From Tidjanibacter sp. (GTDB taxonomy: Bacteria; Bacteroidota; Bacteroidia; Bacteroidales; Rikenellaceae), in assembly GCA_045591965.1 (NCBI GenBank), contig JAZNTX010000021.1, positions 66,331 to 130,330 of the forward strand: a stretch of 64,000 nucleotides of DNA. The letters are read 5' to 3'. Numbering within the stretch: position 1 is the stretch's first letter; each line of letters begins with the position of its first letter. This document shows positions 7,287-17,917 of the stretch, in pieces. A program made the translations under genes and the position numbers. The notes beneath the pieces were generated by a model. That model was not told the origin of the DNA and made no database searches. It worked only from the letters and a program-made list of their open reading frames with translations.

Positions 7287-9398
7287 CTAAATCTGCAAAA
7301 GTCCAAGTTTTCGGACAATATCCCACTTCTTCGAGGAGTAGAACTCAATGAATGGTTTGTCGAAGTGCTCCTCCCACAGAGTGCGGATATCCTCGAATGT
7401 ATAAACCTCCTCCAAATCGGAGGTCTGCTCCAAAACCGCATACATAAACTCCGCTTCCGCCTCGGGGAATTTTACCTCTTTGGTAGTTGATGGTGTGTGG
7501 ATGAGTATTCCCTCTTCGGTTAGTTCGGGCGAGCCACCAATCCATACAATGCGAGCCTTGTCGTTGTAGATACGACACCCATCGGGCTTTATAAGGTGGT
7601 CGGTAATGAGCGAGGGTATAACGGTGGTGGCGGGCACCTTCGAGTCGAACCACTTGTGTACGGGTTTCTCTAAGCCACTACCTACAAGCCAATTGGCGAG
7701 CGAGAGGTTTAGAGCCTCACCCACCATATCGAGCGAGTAACCCCTATTCTCCGCAAAAGGTACTTCGTTGTTAGCGAAGGGGTTGGGTAGGCGGTCTTTG
7801 CGCCTTACTCCGAAGGCTTCGGGCTCTCTGCCCGAGCGCGAGTGTACGGTCATAGCATAGCGGTGCCAAAATGCCGAGCCAATAAGTTCAGCGCGGAACA
7901 TCTGGCGCACCACTTCGGCTGCATCAACGCTATCTTGGAGTGTTTCGGTGGGCAGACCATACATCAAATAGGTGTGTACCATAATACCCGCATAGTAGAA
8001 ATTACGCATTGCGATGGTTGCCTGCTCGATAGTCACACCCTTACCGATCATCTCCAAAAGCCTATCACTTGCGACCTCCAAACCGCCACTCACTGCCACA
8101 CAGCCTGCTCTTGCCATCAGGGCGCACAAATCGCCCGTATAACTCTTCTCAAAACGGATATTTGTCCACCAACTGAACCTCGCTCCTCGGCGTAGGAGTT
8201 CGAGTGAGAGTTCTTTTAGTAGGCGTGGGGGTGCAGCCTCGTCCACAAAGTGGAAACCGCGCGAGCCTGTCTGCTCTGCCACCTGCTCCATCCAGTCGGC
8301 AATAGTCACCGCATCAACACTATCGTAACAACCGATATAGTCGAGCGTGGTATCACAAAAAGCACACTTTGCCCAATAGCAACCGTGGGCGAGCATCATC
8401 TTGTTCCACCTGCCATCGCTCCAAAGGCGGTGCATAGGGTTGGTAACCTCCGTCAGCGAGAAGTAGAGCGAGTGGGGAAGTCCTGCAAAGTCGGGACAGC
8501 CACGCTCGCGGTGCGAGATGCGACCACTGCCCTCGGTATAACCCTCGGCGGTGTAGGTGTGTACCAACTCACCGCCCTCCAAAATGCGCTCCAAGGCAAT
8601 TTCGCCATCGTCGAGTACCACATAGTCCACATAGCGGAAAATCTCCTTGTCGCTCATTTGTCGCAACTCGGTAGTGGGGTAGCCACCACCCATAACGACC
8701 TTAATTTGAGGATAGTTTGCCTTCAAATACTGACCGATACGCAGTGCGCCCAAAAGATTTCCTGGGAAAGGCACAGCGATACCCACCATACGGGGCTGAG
8801 TGCGCTCGATGTGCCATCTGAGTAGTTCGCACATAAGGTTCTCGATGGCGTTGCGAGGCTTCTGTAACTCCTGCTCTATGGTCGAGAACTCCGCAATGGA
8901 GAGCGAGAGAGTTTCGCCATATTTTACAATCTCAAATTCGGGAGTAATGGTGGCGCGAATGAAGTCACTGAGGTCTTGCAGATAGAGCGTGGCGAGGTAT
9001 TCCGCACAATCCTTTGTGCCGAGCGAGCCAAACGACTCCTCCACCTCTGCTATCTGCTCGAAACGCCCCGCCTGTGGTAGGTATTCGGGTGAACAGATGA
9101 GGTTTGCCACAGTTGCATCCCTGCCCTGCAAAAAGCCTATTACGGTGTCGATGGTTGCTACATAATCCTTGCGCAAAGCCCACATACGATTGTAGTTGTC
9201 GTCGCCCTCGCCATCGTAGTTCTCGAAAAGGTCGGCTACGAAATCGCGGCTGAAAACCTTTGTGAGGGTTTCGATGGAGAGGTCTGCTTGCTCCACGGCG
9301 TAACCTTTACGCCTGAGATAGCCCGTGAGATAGGCTGTGGCGGGGTAGGGGCAGTTGGGTTGCACAAAGGGCGGTGTGAGTAGTAATATGTCGGTCAT
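7287..9398 (-). CDS. B12-binding-domain radical SAM protein
   Basis: PYPATAYL N-terminus, cobalamin-binding-like VVMGGGY segment, CYWAKCAFC motif, FHFVDEA, SGGLEVAS. Confidence 0.85.
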   Translation of the reverse strand: MTDILLLTPPFVQPNCPYPATAYLTGYLRRKGYAVEQADLSIETLTKVFSRDFVADLFENYDGEGDDNYNRMWALRKDYVATIDTVIGFLQGRDATVANLICSPEYLPQAGRFEQIAEVEESFGSLGTKDCAEYLATLYLQDLSDFIRATITPEFEIVKYGETLSLSIAEFSTIEQELQKPRNAIENLMCELLRWHIERTQPRMVGIAVPFPGNLLGALRIGQYLKANYPQIKVVMGGGYPTTELRQMSDKEIFRYVDYVVLDDGEIALERILEGGELVHTYTAEGYTEGSGRISHRERGCPDFAGLPHSLYFSLTEVTNPMHRLWSDGRWNKMMLAHGCYWAKCAFCDTTLDYIGCYDSVDAVTIADWMEQVAEQTGSRGFHFVDEAAPPRLLKELSLELLRRGARFSWWTNIRFEKSYTGDLCALMARAGCVAVSGGLEVASDRLLEMIGKGVTIEQATIAMRNFYYAGIMVHTYLMYGLPTETLQDSVDAAEVVRQMFRAELIGSAFWHRYAMTVHSRSGREPEAFGVRRKDRLPNPFANNEVPFAENRGYSLDMVGEALNLSLANWLVGSGLEKPVHKWFDSKVPATTVIPSLITDHLIKPDGCRIYNDKARIVWIGGSPELTEEGILIHTPSTTKEVKFPEAEAEFMYAVLEQTSDLEEVYTFEDIRTLWEEHFDKPFIEFYSSKKWDIVRKLGLLQI

Positions 9399-9402
9399 AA
9401 TT

Positions 9403-10170
9403 CTACGGTATTTCTATTGTTAGCGTGTCGTAGGCGAGGAAGGTACCCTCGGGTAGCAGCACCTCTTCGCGGGCGTGGAGTCCAAATTGGTGCGAAATGT
9501 GGGTAAAATATGTCTTTGCGGCACCCACCTTGCGAGCAACCTCCACCGCTTCGGGGAGCGAGAAGTGGGAGATGTGGCGCGTGTGCCTTAGGGCGTTGAT
9601 GACGAGCACCTCCACCCCTTGGAGTTTCTCCAACTCACACTCTTCTATGCGGTTGAAGTCCGTGAGGTAGGCAATGCTCCCTATGCGGTAGCCCGTAACG
9701 GGGAGCGTGAAGTGCTTGCCACGAATGGGCTCAATTTCGAGTGTGCCCACTTCGAAGGATTCTTCTCCGATGGTGTGGAGCGTCATCTGCGGTGCCCCAG
9801 GGTAGGGCTTCTCCATAAAGGCATAGTCAAAGACCCTCTTTACTACACCTTGCACCGCCTCGGTGGCGTAGATATCTGCGCTCCTCTTGCAGAAGTAGTT
9901 GAAAGCCCTCACATCGTCAAGCCCTATGATATGGTCGGTATGCTGATGGGTGAGCAGTATCGCGTCTATACTCTTGACCCCCTCGCGTAACATCTGGTAG
10001 CGGAAGTCGGGACCGGCGTCAATCACGACCCTCGTCTTTCCGTCTTCCACCATCACCGCCGAGCGTAGGCGTTTATCCCTCGGGTCGCCCGAGGTGCATA
10101 CCTCGCAGTCGCACCCAATCATCGGCACCCCCTGCGAAGTCCCCGTACCCAAAAATGTAAGTTTCAACAT
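9403..10170 (-). CDS. MBL-fold metallo-hydrolase (PhnP-like)
   Basis: FLGTGTSQGVP, CDCEVC, THQHTDH, THISH; ATG at 10170. Confidence 0.9.
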   Translation of the reverse strand: MLKLTFLGTGTSQGVPMIGCDCEVCTSGDPRDKRLRSAVMVEDGKTRVVIDAGPDFRYQMLREGVKSIDAILLTHQHTDHIIGLDDVRAFNYFCKRSADIYATEAVQGVVKRVFDYAFMEKPYPGAPQMTLHTIGEESFEVGTLEIEPIRGKHFTLPVTGYRIGSIAYLTDFNRIEECELEKLQGVEVLVINALRHTRHISHFSLPEAVEVARKVGAAKTYFTHISHQFGLHAREEVLLPEGTFLAYDTLTIEIP

Positions 10171-10265
10171 ATCTGCAAAAATAATTTTCTCCCACAAATG
10201 TACAAAAAAACGGCTCATTCGCAAAGGAATGAGCCGAAACATATTGGGTTTATGAGTTTGCCGTC

Positions 10266-11933
10266 TTATGCAGTGACTTTTTCGAGCCACTTAACCATAC
10301 CGAGCATCACACCCATCGAGATGAGGCAGAAGCCTGCAAATACTGCCCAGCACATCCACTGTGCGGGGAAGGTGTTGAGCATAGTTACGCCAATGGCGAT
10401 GAAGAGGTTACCAATAGCGGTAGCCGACAGCCACAAGCCCTGGCAGATACCCTGCAAGTGGCGAGGAGCAATCTTCGATACGAACGACAAGCCCAGAGGC
10501 GAAATGAACAACTCTGCAACGGTGAGGAAGAAGTAGGTTGCAATCAGTACCAGAGGACTGCACTTCATCGACTCCTTGATAGCCTCTGCCAAGCCCTTGA
10601 ACTCGTTGCCCGAAGGATAGCTGTTAGTAGCAGCAATAATCATAAGGAAGATGTAGGCGCAAGCGGCGATGAACATACCAAGGGCAATCTTGCGAGGAGT
10701 CGAAACCTCTTTGCCTTTGCGTGCCAGCGAGCCGAAAATCCACATAATGATAGGAGTGAGGATGATTACAAACAAGGGGTTGATGCACTGCCAAATTTCG
10801 GGAGGAATAGAACCTGTCGAAACGAAGTCACGAGCAAATACCGACAGTGACTGACCATTCTGGTGGAACGAGAACCAGAAGAATACGGCAACGCCAAGCA
10901 CTGCAAACAGAGCGTAAAGACGCTGTTTGATCTCCTTTGCGTTTGCGGCCTTCTCCTCAGCGGTGTACTGTACCTCAGCCTTCTTCTCTTTCTTTGTGGG
11001 GTTGGGCAGTTTGCCTTTAACGCAGAGGAAGATGGTGAGCGAGATGAGCATAGCAACAACCGAAGCGATGAACGAGAAGTGAACACCGGTGTTGAAGATC
11101 TCCAAGTAGGAGTTGCAGAATGCTGCATCAACCACACCATTGTGACCAACTGCTACTGCCAAGTTGTTGAGGTTCTCGGTAGCAACCTCGCTCATATTGC
11201 CCGAAGTGTTGATGAACTCGTGGCACAAACGGGGAAGGTCGGCATTGTAAGCCAAGTCGTGCATTTTGAGCCAGAAACTCCTAAGCAGGGGAGCGATGAA
11301 GGGAGCGATAACGCCACCAATGTTGATGAAAACATAGAAAATCTGGAAACCGGAGTCGCGTTTCTCTTTTGCTTTTGCCAACTCCTCGGGACCTTTCTTT
11401 GCAGCCTCAGCCTCGAAGTTGTCGTACATCTGACCTACGATAGCCTGCAAGTTGCCTTTGAACAAACCGTTACCAAAGGCGATGATGAACAGAGCAGCGC
11501 AAGTGAGAACGAGAACCCACGAGAAGCCTGCTTTCTCGGCAAATACGGGAATCGAGAGGATGCCGTAACCAAGAGCCATTACCAAAAGACCTGCAATGAT
11601 GGTGCCTTTGAATTTCTGTGTGCGGTCAGCGATGATACCACCGGGCAGGCTGAGCACATAGATAAGGAAATAGAATACTGCGTAAATCCAGCCGGCAGCA
11701 GCATCGCTAATACCGAACTTGGAGCAGATGAAAAGGAGCAATACGGCGTTCATAATGTAGTAGCCGAAACGCTCGCCCATGTTACTCAGAGCAGCAGCAA
11801 TCAGACCCTTGGGGTGCTCTTTGGTGGCTTTGCGGATGTAGAATACCAAGAAAGGTATTACCACAACCAAAATCGCCATCAGAATAAGCATCGGGCGGTT
11901 GTTAGCCCAGAGATTTGCGAAAAAACTTAGCAT
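10266..11933 (-). CDS. POT/PTR-family peptide:H+ symporter (MFS)
   Basis: ERFGYY motif, GLFKGN, FYVFINIG, AELFISPLGLS; multiple TM helices. Confidence 0.92.
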   Translation of the reverse strand: MLSFFANLWANNRPMLILMAILVVVIPFLVFYIRKATKEHPKGLIAAALSNMGERFGYYIMNAVLLLFICSKFGISDAAAGWIYAVFYFLIYVLSLPGGIIADRTQKFKGTIIAGLLVMALGYGILSIPVFAEKAGFSWVLVLTCAALFIIAFGNGLFKGNLQAIVGQMYDNFEAEAAKKGPEELAKAKEKRDSGFQIFYVFINIGGVIAPFIAPLLRSFWLKMHDLAYNADLPRLCHEFINTSGNMSEVATENLNNLAVAVGHNGVVDAAFCNSYLEIFNTGVHFSFIASVVAMLISLTIFLCVKGKLPNPTKKEKKAEVQYTAEEKAANAKEIKQRLYALFAVLGVAVFFWFSFHQNGQSLSVFARDFVSTGSIPPEIWQCINPLFVIILTPIIMWIFGSLARKGKEVSTPRKIALGMFIAACAYIFLMIIAATNSYPSGNEFKGLAEAIKESMKCSPLVLIATYFFLTVAELFISPLGLSFVSKIAPRHLQGICQGLWLSATAIGNLFIAIGVTMLNTFPAQWMCWAVFAGFCLISMGVMLGMVKWLEKVTA

Positions 11934-12104
11934 AATAGTTTTAGTTAAAAATTAGTGTAAAAAATAAAATGTGTTTCGTTGTTATTCATTACGTTTCATC
12001 GGGCAAATACGCCCATTAAAGCCACAAAAGTAGTAATTTTTGGGAATAAATTTGTTCTTCTTCCGAAAAAAGAGTACTTTTATTGTCGTAAAAATCATCT
12101 TAAT

Positions 12105-14132
12105 ATGTCTAAACGCCTAACAATCATCGAAAAAGACGATTGGCTTCTCCCCGTAGAGGACGAACTTAACTATCGTCACAAACTTTATACCGATAAAATC
12201 GCCGATATTGAAGTCTCTTCGGGCTCACTGGTGGATTTTGCCAATGGCTACCGCTATTTCGGCTTCCAGAGGGACGAGCGCAACAAGGGTTGGTGGTTCC
12301 GTGAGTGGCTGCCCGCAGCCCATAGCGTCTACCTCTTTGGCGATTTCAACGGCTGGGATAGGCAGTCGCTACCGCTCTTTAAGAATGCTCAAACGGGTGT
12401 GTGGAGCATCTTCCTCTCGGATAGGGACTACCACCTTGCACATGGTATGCTTTACAAGATGCTTGTTACGGGCGACAACGGTACCCACGAGCGCATACCT
12501 GCGTGGGTGACTCGTGCGGTGCAAGACGATACAACCAAGAACTTTACGGCTCAGTTTTGGAACCCCTCGGAGCCCTTCGATTGGGGACAGGATGGTTTCC
12601 GTGTGAACAAGGAGGAGGGGCTTTTCATCTACGAGTGCCATATCGGTATGGCTCAGGAGAAGAGGGGTGTTGGTACCTACACCGAGTTCGCCGAAAATGT
12701 ACTGCCACGCATCAAGGAGGCGGGCTACAATGCCATTCAGATTATGGGCTTGGCAGAACACCCCTATTATGGTAGTTACGGCTACCATGTGTCGAACTTT
12801 TTTGCTCCCTCTTCGCGTTTTGGCACACCTGAGGAACTCAAAGCACTTGTCCGCAAGGCTCACGATATGAACATAGCGGTTATTATGGATATTGTCCACG
12901 CTCACTATGTCAAAAACTTTGCCGAAGGAATAAACGAACTCGATGGCTCGCCAAATCTCTACTCTTTGGCAGGCGATGCGGGCTATCAGCAGTATTGGGA
13001 CTCCAAGATTTTCGATTTCGGCAAGAGGGAGGTTGCTCATTTCCTGCTCTCGAATGTGAAGTATTGGATTGAGGAGTTCCACATTGACGGCTACCGCTTC
13101 GATGGAGTGACATCGATGCTCTACCACCACCACGGCTATACCGAGTTTGGCGAGAGAGAGAAGTATTTTGACGAGGGGGTTAATCGTGACGCTATAACAT
13201 ACCTAAAACTCGCTAACCGTCTTGTTCACGACCTGCGACCCGATGCAATTACCATCGCTGAGGATGTGAGTGGAATGCCTGGTATTGCAAGCCCCGTTGA
13301 GGAGGGCGGTATCGGCTTCGACTACCGCTTGGCTATGGGTGTCCCCGACTTTTGGATTAAGATGCTCAAAGAGATTCCCGATGAGAAGTGGAATGTGTGG
13401 GATATTTGGAATGTGATGAACAATAGGGGTAACGATACGGGTACCATTGCCTACTGCGAGTCGCACGACCAAGCCATGCAGGGCGACCAAACCATCGCTT
13501 TCCGCTTGTTGCAGACTGCAATGTACGACTCGATGCACGAGGGTAGTCAGAATATGATGGTCGATAGAGGTATGGCTCTGCATAAGATGATAAGGCTTGT
13601 GACGGCTTCGATGGGCGGTCAGGGCTACCTCAACTTTATGGGCAACGAGTTCGGACACCCCGAATGGATTGATTTCCCGAGGGTTGGTAATAATTGGAGT
13701 TACGACCACGCACGCCGCCAATGGTCGCTGGTTGAGAATAAGGAGTTGCGATACCACGCACTCGGCGAGTTCGATAAGGCTATGCTAAAAGTGCTGCGTA
13801 AGTACAACCAACTCGCGTTGGGTTATGCTTGGAACCTTGCAATGTACGATGCCGACCAAGTGATGGTCTATAATAAGGGACCGTTGGTCTATGTCTTCAA
13901 CTGGAATCCTACGCGTAGTGTGCCCAACTATATCATCCCCGTTCCCGAGGCGGGTAAGTACCAAATCATTCTCTCCACCGACGAGGAACGCTTCGGAGGT
14001 TTCGAGCGCAACGAGTTGGGTGGCGAGTTCTTCTCCTTCTCGCGCAAGTGCGACGATGGGGTGGTGCGCCACTACCTGAAAATTTATAATGTGGCACGAA
14101 CAGCCACTATTTACAAAAAGGTTGAGGAATAG
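12105..14132 (+). CDS. glgB: 1,4-alpha-glucan branching enzyme (GH13)
   Basis: FREWLP, IYECHIGM, FRFDGVTSM-like GYRFDGVTSM, AEDVSG, YCESHDQA, LNFMGNEFGHPEWIDFPR. Confidence 0.92.
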   Translation: MSKRLTIIEKDDWLLPVEDELNYRHKLYTDKIADIEVSSGSLVDFANGYRYFGFQRDERNKGWWFREWLPAAHSVYLFGDFNGWDRQSLPLFKNAQTGVWSIFLSDRDYHLAHGMLYKMLVTGDNGTHERIPAWVTRAVQDDTTKNFTAQFWNPSEPFDWGQDGFRVNKEEGLFIYECHIGMAQEKRGVGTYTEFAENVLPRIKEAGYNAIQIMGLAEHPYYGSYGYHVSNFFAPSSRFGTPEELKALVRKAHDMNIAVIMDIVHAHYVKNFAEGINELDGSPNLYSLAGDAGYQQYWDSKIFDFGKREVAHFLLSNVKYWIEEFHIDGYRFDGVTSMLYHHHGYTEFGEREKYFDEGVNRDAITYLKLANRLVHDLRPDAITIAEDVSGMPGIASPVEEGGIGFDYRLAMGVPDFWIKMLKEIPDEKWNVWDIWNVMNNRGNDTGTIAYCESHDQAMQGDQTIAFRLLQTAMYDSMHEGSQNMMVDRGMALHKMIRLVTASMGGQGYLNFMGNEFGHPEWIDFPRVGNNWSYDHARRQWSLVENKELRYHALGEFDKAMLKVLRKYNQLALGYAWNLAMYDADQVMVYNKGPLVYVFNWNPTRSVPNYIIPVPEAGKYQIILSTDEERFGGFERNELGGEFFSFSRKCDDGVVRHYLKIYNVARTATIYKKVEE

Positions 14133-14148
14133 TCCTCAACCTTTTTTT
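14115..14148 (+). terminator. Intrinsic terminator overlapping the glgB 3' end
   Basis: 14-bp perfect stem AAAAAGGTTGAGGA/TCCTCAACCTTTTT with the TAG stop in the ATAG loop. Confidence 0.8.
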
Positions 14149-14395
14149 GTCGACCGACTACCGTCGACCGACCGACAGACCCCTCCGCCCTAACGGGTAC
14201 CTCCCCTAACCTAGGGGAGGGTCCGCGAAGCGGGGGAGAGGTATGTAAAAATTACTCTTTACTCAATTACTATTTTTTACACACGCCCCCGTGCTCTGCG
14301 CCCCCACTAATTCAGAGGGGGATTAAAAAAGGTGCGCTCGCAAAGAGCGCACCATAACTCTCAACTTTCAACTCTCAACTCTCAACTTTCAATTT
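14149..14395. repeat. Composite intergenic repeat mosaic, site A
   Basis: Modules shared with 55143-55557; ends in CAACT(C/T)T heptamers. Confidence 0.8.
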
Positions 14396-14756
14396 CTCTC
14401 GCTGTGGGGACCAAAAAGATAACCACAAGGCAACCAACTACGCCCGCCAAGCCGACAATCCAATCGGCTAATGCGTTGTGTACAAAGAAAATAATTGAGC
14501 AGGCAACCATTGCGCACATAAACGCCACGACCCACGCTTTGGTCTTGGGGCGCATACCTCCGAGGCGTTGATAATTACGAATGTAGGCTCCGAGGGACGA
14601 GTTGAGTAGTCGCTCTTGAAGGCGTGGTGAGGAGCGGTAGAAGAGCCACGAGGCGGCAAGCAAAAAGGGCGTTGTAGGAAGCCCTGGTAGGGCAACGCCC
14701 AGAGCACCAAGTGCTACGCACACACATCCCAAAACAATATATAAACTTCTCCTCAT
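14382..14756 (-). CDS. YbaN/DUF454-family inner membrane protein
   Basis: GVALPGLPTTPFLLAA...RSSPRL signature. Confidence 0.9.
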   Translation of the reverse strand: MRRSLYIVLGCVCVALGALGVALPGLPTTPFLLAASWLFYRSSPRLQERLLNSSLGAYIRNYQRLGGMRPKTKAWVVAFMCAMVACSIIFFVHNALADWIVGLAGVVGCLVVIFLVPTAREIES

Positions 14757-17700
14757 TAGACCACTTGCTCAATCTTTTCCATTGTGATATACCACAAATA
14801 ACCGCTCACACTCTCATAGCCCATTTGTCGCAGTAGGGAGGCGTAGTGTTCAATTTGTCGGCGGTGAGTGTCGGGCGCGCTAAGACCAAACTTGTAGTCT
14901 ACAATCACAGCCTCGCTGCCCCTAACCATAACCCTGTCGGGTCGCCATGAACGACCATTGTGGATGATATCCCTCTCGCTGTGGATGCTCTCCCACGAGC
15001 CATCGAACCACCCTGCAACTCTCTCGTCTTCAAATGCTTTGCCAATCCTTTGACGCAACACCTCCACCTCGTCGGGCGACAGCGTACCGTCGAGGATGTT
15101 GTGAGCAATGCTCCTCTCTATATCTTCACGCGAGGTTGCACTCTCCATCACTCGGTGCATCATTATTCCGTAGTCGCGCGGAGCAATATGTTCGCCCTTG
15201 CTCTCCTCGTCGTAGCGTTGGTGGGTGTAGCGCACAGCAATCTTCTCGGCTGGCGAGTGAATGGTAAAGTTGCATTGCGAGGGACTCTTGCGGGGTTTGC
15301 TCTCAAAGTGCAGAGGCGTGCCCTGCTCGTATAGTTTGCCCACCTCATCGAGGTGTGCGTTGTCGCGTACAATAGCCCCCACTGTCGAGGCGTTTGCATC
15401 GCTTGGCACCATGAGGTGCAACTCCTCTTTGGCTCGCGTGACGGCAACATAGAGTGTGTTCAGTGAGTCGATGGCGGCGAGGGTCATCTCGGTGTAGTAA
15501 CTATGCGAGAAGTTGCTGCTTGCCATAGCCTTGCCATAGGATACGGGAAAACGCGCAATCCTCTTTGAGAGAGGAGAGTTGGGCTCTGCCCATATCGTAG
15601 AGCCCGTCATTGGACGCAGGCTCCAACTGCAATAGGGAACTATCACAGCATTGTAACCCAAACCTTTGGCTTTATGAATAGTTATGATGGTTATAGCGTC
15701 TGACTCCTGAGGTAGAGCAACCGACTCCGAAGAACCCTTGTCGTTCCACCACTTCAAAAATAGTGCAGTGTCGGCAATGTTGCGGTTGCAGAACTCTATA
15801 ATTTGGTTGTGAAGTGCTTGTAGGTATGGCACCTCACTCTTTGTTGTGCAGGTGGGGAAGTGGAGCAGTATCTCGTTGAACGCCTCCTCGGGTTGCAGCA
15901 GCGAGAGGGAGAATATGAACTCTTCCTCCTCGGCTGTAAGCGGCTCCTCGAAGGGGCGCGAGAAGTAGTCGTTGTAGAGTGCTCGCGCGAGTCGGTCGCT
16001 TGGGTTGGTGGCGATGTTTAGACACGAAATTACGAACCTCACAGCCGGCGAGGAGTTTATGGCAAGAGCCTCTTGGGTGACGATGTCGAATGTGTATCTG
16101 GGGTCACGATTGGGATTGTTCTTGTGTGCCAAAATCTCGGCTGCTATCTGACAAGCCTCTCGGTTGGTGCGCACAAGTACGGCAATATCACTCGCCTTGT
16201 ATCCCCTCGATTGCAACTCCTCAATGCGGGCAATGGTGGGGTGGGGTGAACTCTTCTTGTCGTAGGATAGAACGGTAATATACCCCTCGCGAGCATCGGG
16301 CTTCACCTCCTGACGGTAGTCGGCATAAGCCTCTGTGACCATACCTTTGAGCCGATTGGCAAGATTTTGTGTGATGTTGCCCTCTGCGCGTGCTTTGTCA
16401 ATCTCTGCCTCCAAAGAGAGCGATATGGCATCTATGGCGTGAGCCGTGAGGGCGTTGTTGAACTCCACCACACTACGCGAGGAGCGGCGGTTGATGCTCA
16501 GTGGCTCGCGTTCCACCTCCTCAAATTCCTCTTCTACACCGTGCGAGAGAAGTCCCCAATCGCCACCTCTCCAACGATAGATAGACTGCTTAACATCGCC
16601 CACAAGCAATACGGGAGAGCCTGCGCTTTGGGCTAAGGCATTGTGGAGCAGGGGTACAAAGTTGCGCCACTGCATTGTGGAGGTGTCCTGAAACTCGTCA
16701 ATCATGAAGTTGTTGTAACGGTTGCCCGACTTCTCGTAGATGAAGGGAGCGTCGTTGTCTGTCACAAGCGACGAGATGAGTTCTCCTACATCCGAAATGG
16801 GGAGTATGTCGCCCTTGGCACAAATGTCGTCGATGCGCTGGCGGAGGTCGGCAAGCAACGCAAAGTCGCGGTAGTGCTCGCCAAGAAGTTTTCGGTTGTT
16901 CTCGGCAAGGAGCACTTTGGGGTATAGTTCAACGATGTTGAAGAGTATTCCGTGCAACTCTTCTTCTATTGCGTCAATGCGCGAGTTACTATCGCTCTTT
17001 CCTGCCTTGTGCCACTCGTGCTTGTCGAGGGCGTTCATAACACTGGTCTTGGGCTCGGGTAGTTCGCCCTCTGCAACTCGGCGTGCAAATGTCGCAACGC
17101 TACTTCGCTCGCCACCTTTGAAGTCGGCTGGCGTGAGGTTGTTGCGCTCCAAAAGAGCCATAAACCGTCGTCCCTCTTCGCGGTAGGCGGCGGTGAGGGC
17201 TTTGGCTTTGGCGAAGATTGTTGCCACAAGCCTTTCGAGTTCGGGCTTGTCCTCTGCTCCGATACGCGAGTGCTTGTACTCCTCCCCAAAGAGTTGTCCT
17301 CCGAGTTCCACAATAGCCCCTTTGATATTCCACGAGGTGCCATCGGAGATGTTCTCTCCAATGTAGTCCATTATCCAACGATGAAGATTTTTGTCCTCTG
17401 CAACCTCTTCGAGCATGCGGTCGGCTGCCTCTTCGAGGAGCGAGTCTGTGTGGAGCTCGAGATTAAATCCGAGGTCTACACCAATCTCCTTCACGAAGGC
17501 ACGCATAACCCTCTGGAAGAATTTGTCGATGGTCATCACTGCGAAGTTATTGTAGTCGTGGAGTATGAGGTTTCGAGCCTCGGCAGCACTTTGTGCCACG
17601 CGTTCCATATCATACCCTTCTCGTCTAAGGTCGCCATCGAAATCGCTTTTTGCGCCACAAGCAAGCAGGTTGAGTTGAGCCAAAATACGCCCTTTGAGTT

Positions 17701-17845
17701 CGTCGGTAGCCTTGTTTGTGAAGGTTACGGCGAGTATGTGGCGGTAGTTGTGAGGCTCCTCCAATAGGGTCTTAATGTAGTTAAGTGCCAAACGATATGT
17801 CTTGCCCGAGCCCGCAGATGCGCTCAGAATATCAACTCTTCCCAT
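14756..17845 (-). CDS. UvrD-like helicase with C-terminal PD-(D/E)XK nuclease (AddA-like)
   Basis: SAGSGKT, TFTNKAT, IDEFQDT, VGDVKQSIYRWRG, TIHKAKGL, YVAVTRA, RPDRV...IVDYKFG. Confidence 0.9.
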   Translation of the reverse strand: MGRVDILSASAGSGKTYRLALNYIKTLLEEPHNYRHILAVTFTNKATDELKGRILAQLNLLACGAKSDFDGDLRREGYDMERVAQSAAEARNLILHDYNNFAVMTIDKFFQRVMRAFVKEIGVDLGFNLELHTDSLLEEAADRMLEEVAEDKNLHRWIMDYIGENISDGTSWNIKGAIVELGGQLFGEEYKHSRIGAEDKPELERLVATIFAKAKALTAAYREEGRRFMALLERNNLTPADFKGGERSSVATFARRVAEGELPEPKTSVMNALDKHEWHKAGKSDSNSRIDAIEEELHGILFNIVELYPKVLLAENNRKLLGEHYRDFALLADLRQRIDDICAKGDILPISDVGELISSLVTDNDAPFIYEKSGNRYNNFMIDEFQDTSTMQWRNFVPLLHNALAQSAGSPVLLVGDVKQSIYRWRGGDWGLLSHGVEEEFEEVEREPLSINRRSSRSVVEFNNALTAHAIDAISLSLEAEIDKARAEGNITQNLANRLKGMVTEAYADYRQEVKPDAREGYITVLSYDKKSSPHPTIARIEELQSRGYKASDIAVLVRTNREACQIAAEILAHKNNPNRDPRYTFDIVTQEALAINSSPAVRFVISCLNIATNPSDRLARALYNDYFSRPFEEPLTAEEEEFIFSLSLLQPEEAFNEILLHFPTCTTKSEVPYLQALHNQIIEFCNRNIADTALFLKWWNDKGSSESVALPQESDAITIITIHKAKGLGYNAVIVPYCSWSLRPMTGSTIWAEPNSPLSKRIARFPVSYGKAMASSNFSHSYYTEMTLAAIDSLNTLYVAVTRAKEELHLMVPSDANASTVGAIVRDNAHLDEVGKLYEQGTPLHFESKPRKSPSQCNFTIHSPAEKIAVRYTHQRYDEESKGEHIAPRDYGIMMHRVMESATSREDIERSIAHNILDGTLSPDEVEVLRQRIGKAFEDERVAGWFDGSWESIHSERDIIHNGRSWRPDRVMVRGSEAVIVDYKFGLSAPDTHRRQIEHYASLLRQMGYESVSGYLWYITMEKIEQVV

Positions 17846-17917
17846 CGAAAAACAGTTTTTTATCGCATAAAGGTAGAGAATATTTGTAAACCCTGCAAAA
17901 AAATAGTACCTTTGGCT

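Noticed and set aside
6106-7290. Prophage or integrative element at tRNA-Pro
   Set aside because: No integrase, phage genes or duplicated att sequence visible.
14149-14395. Repeats at sites A-D as a CRISPR array
   Set aside because: No regularly spaced direct repeats with unique spacers and no cas genes.
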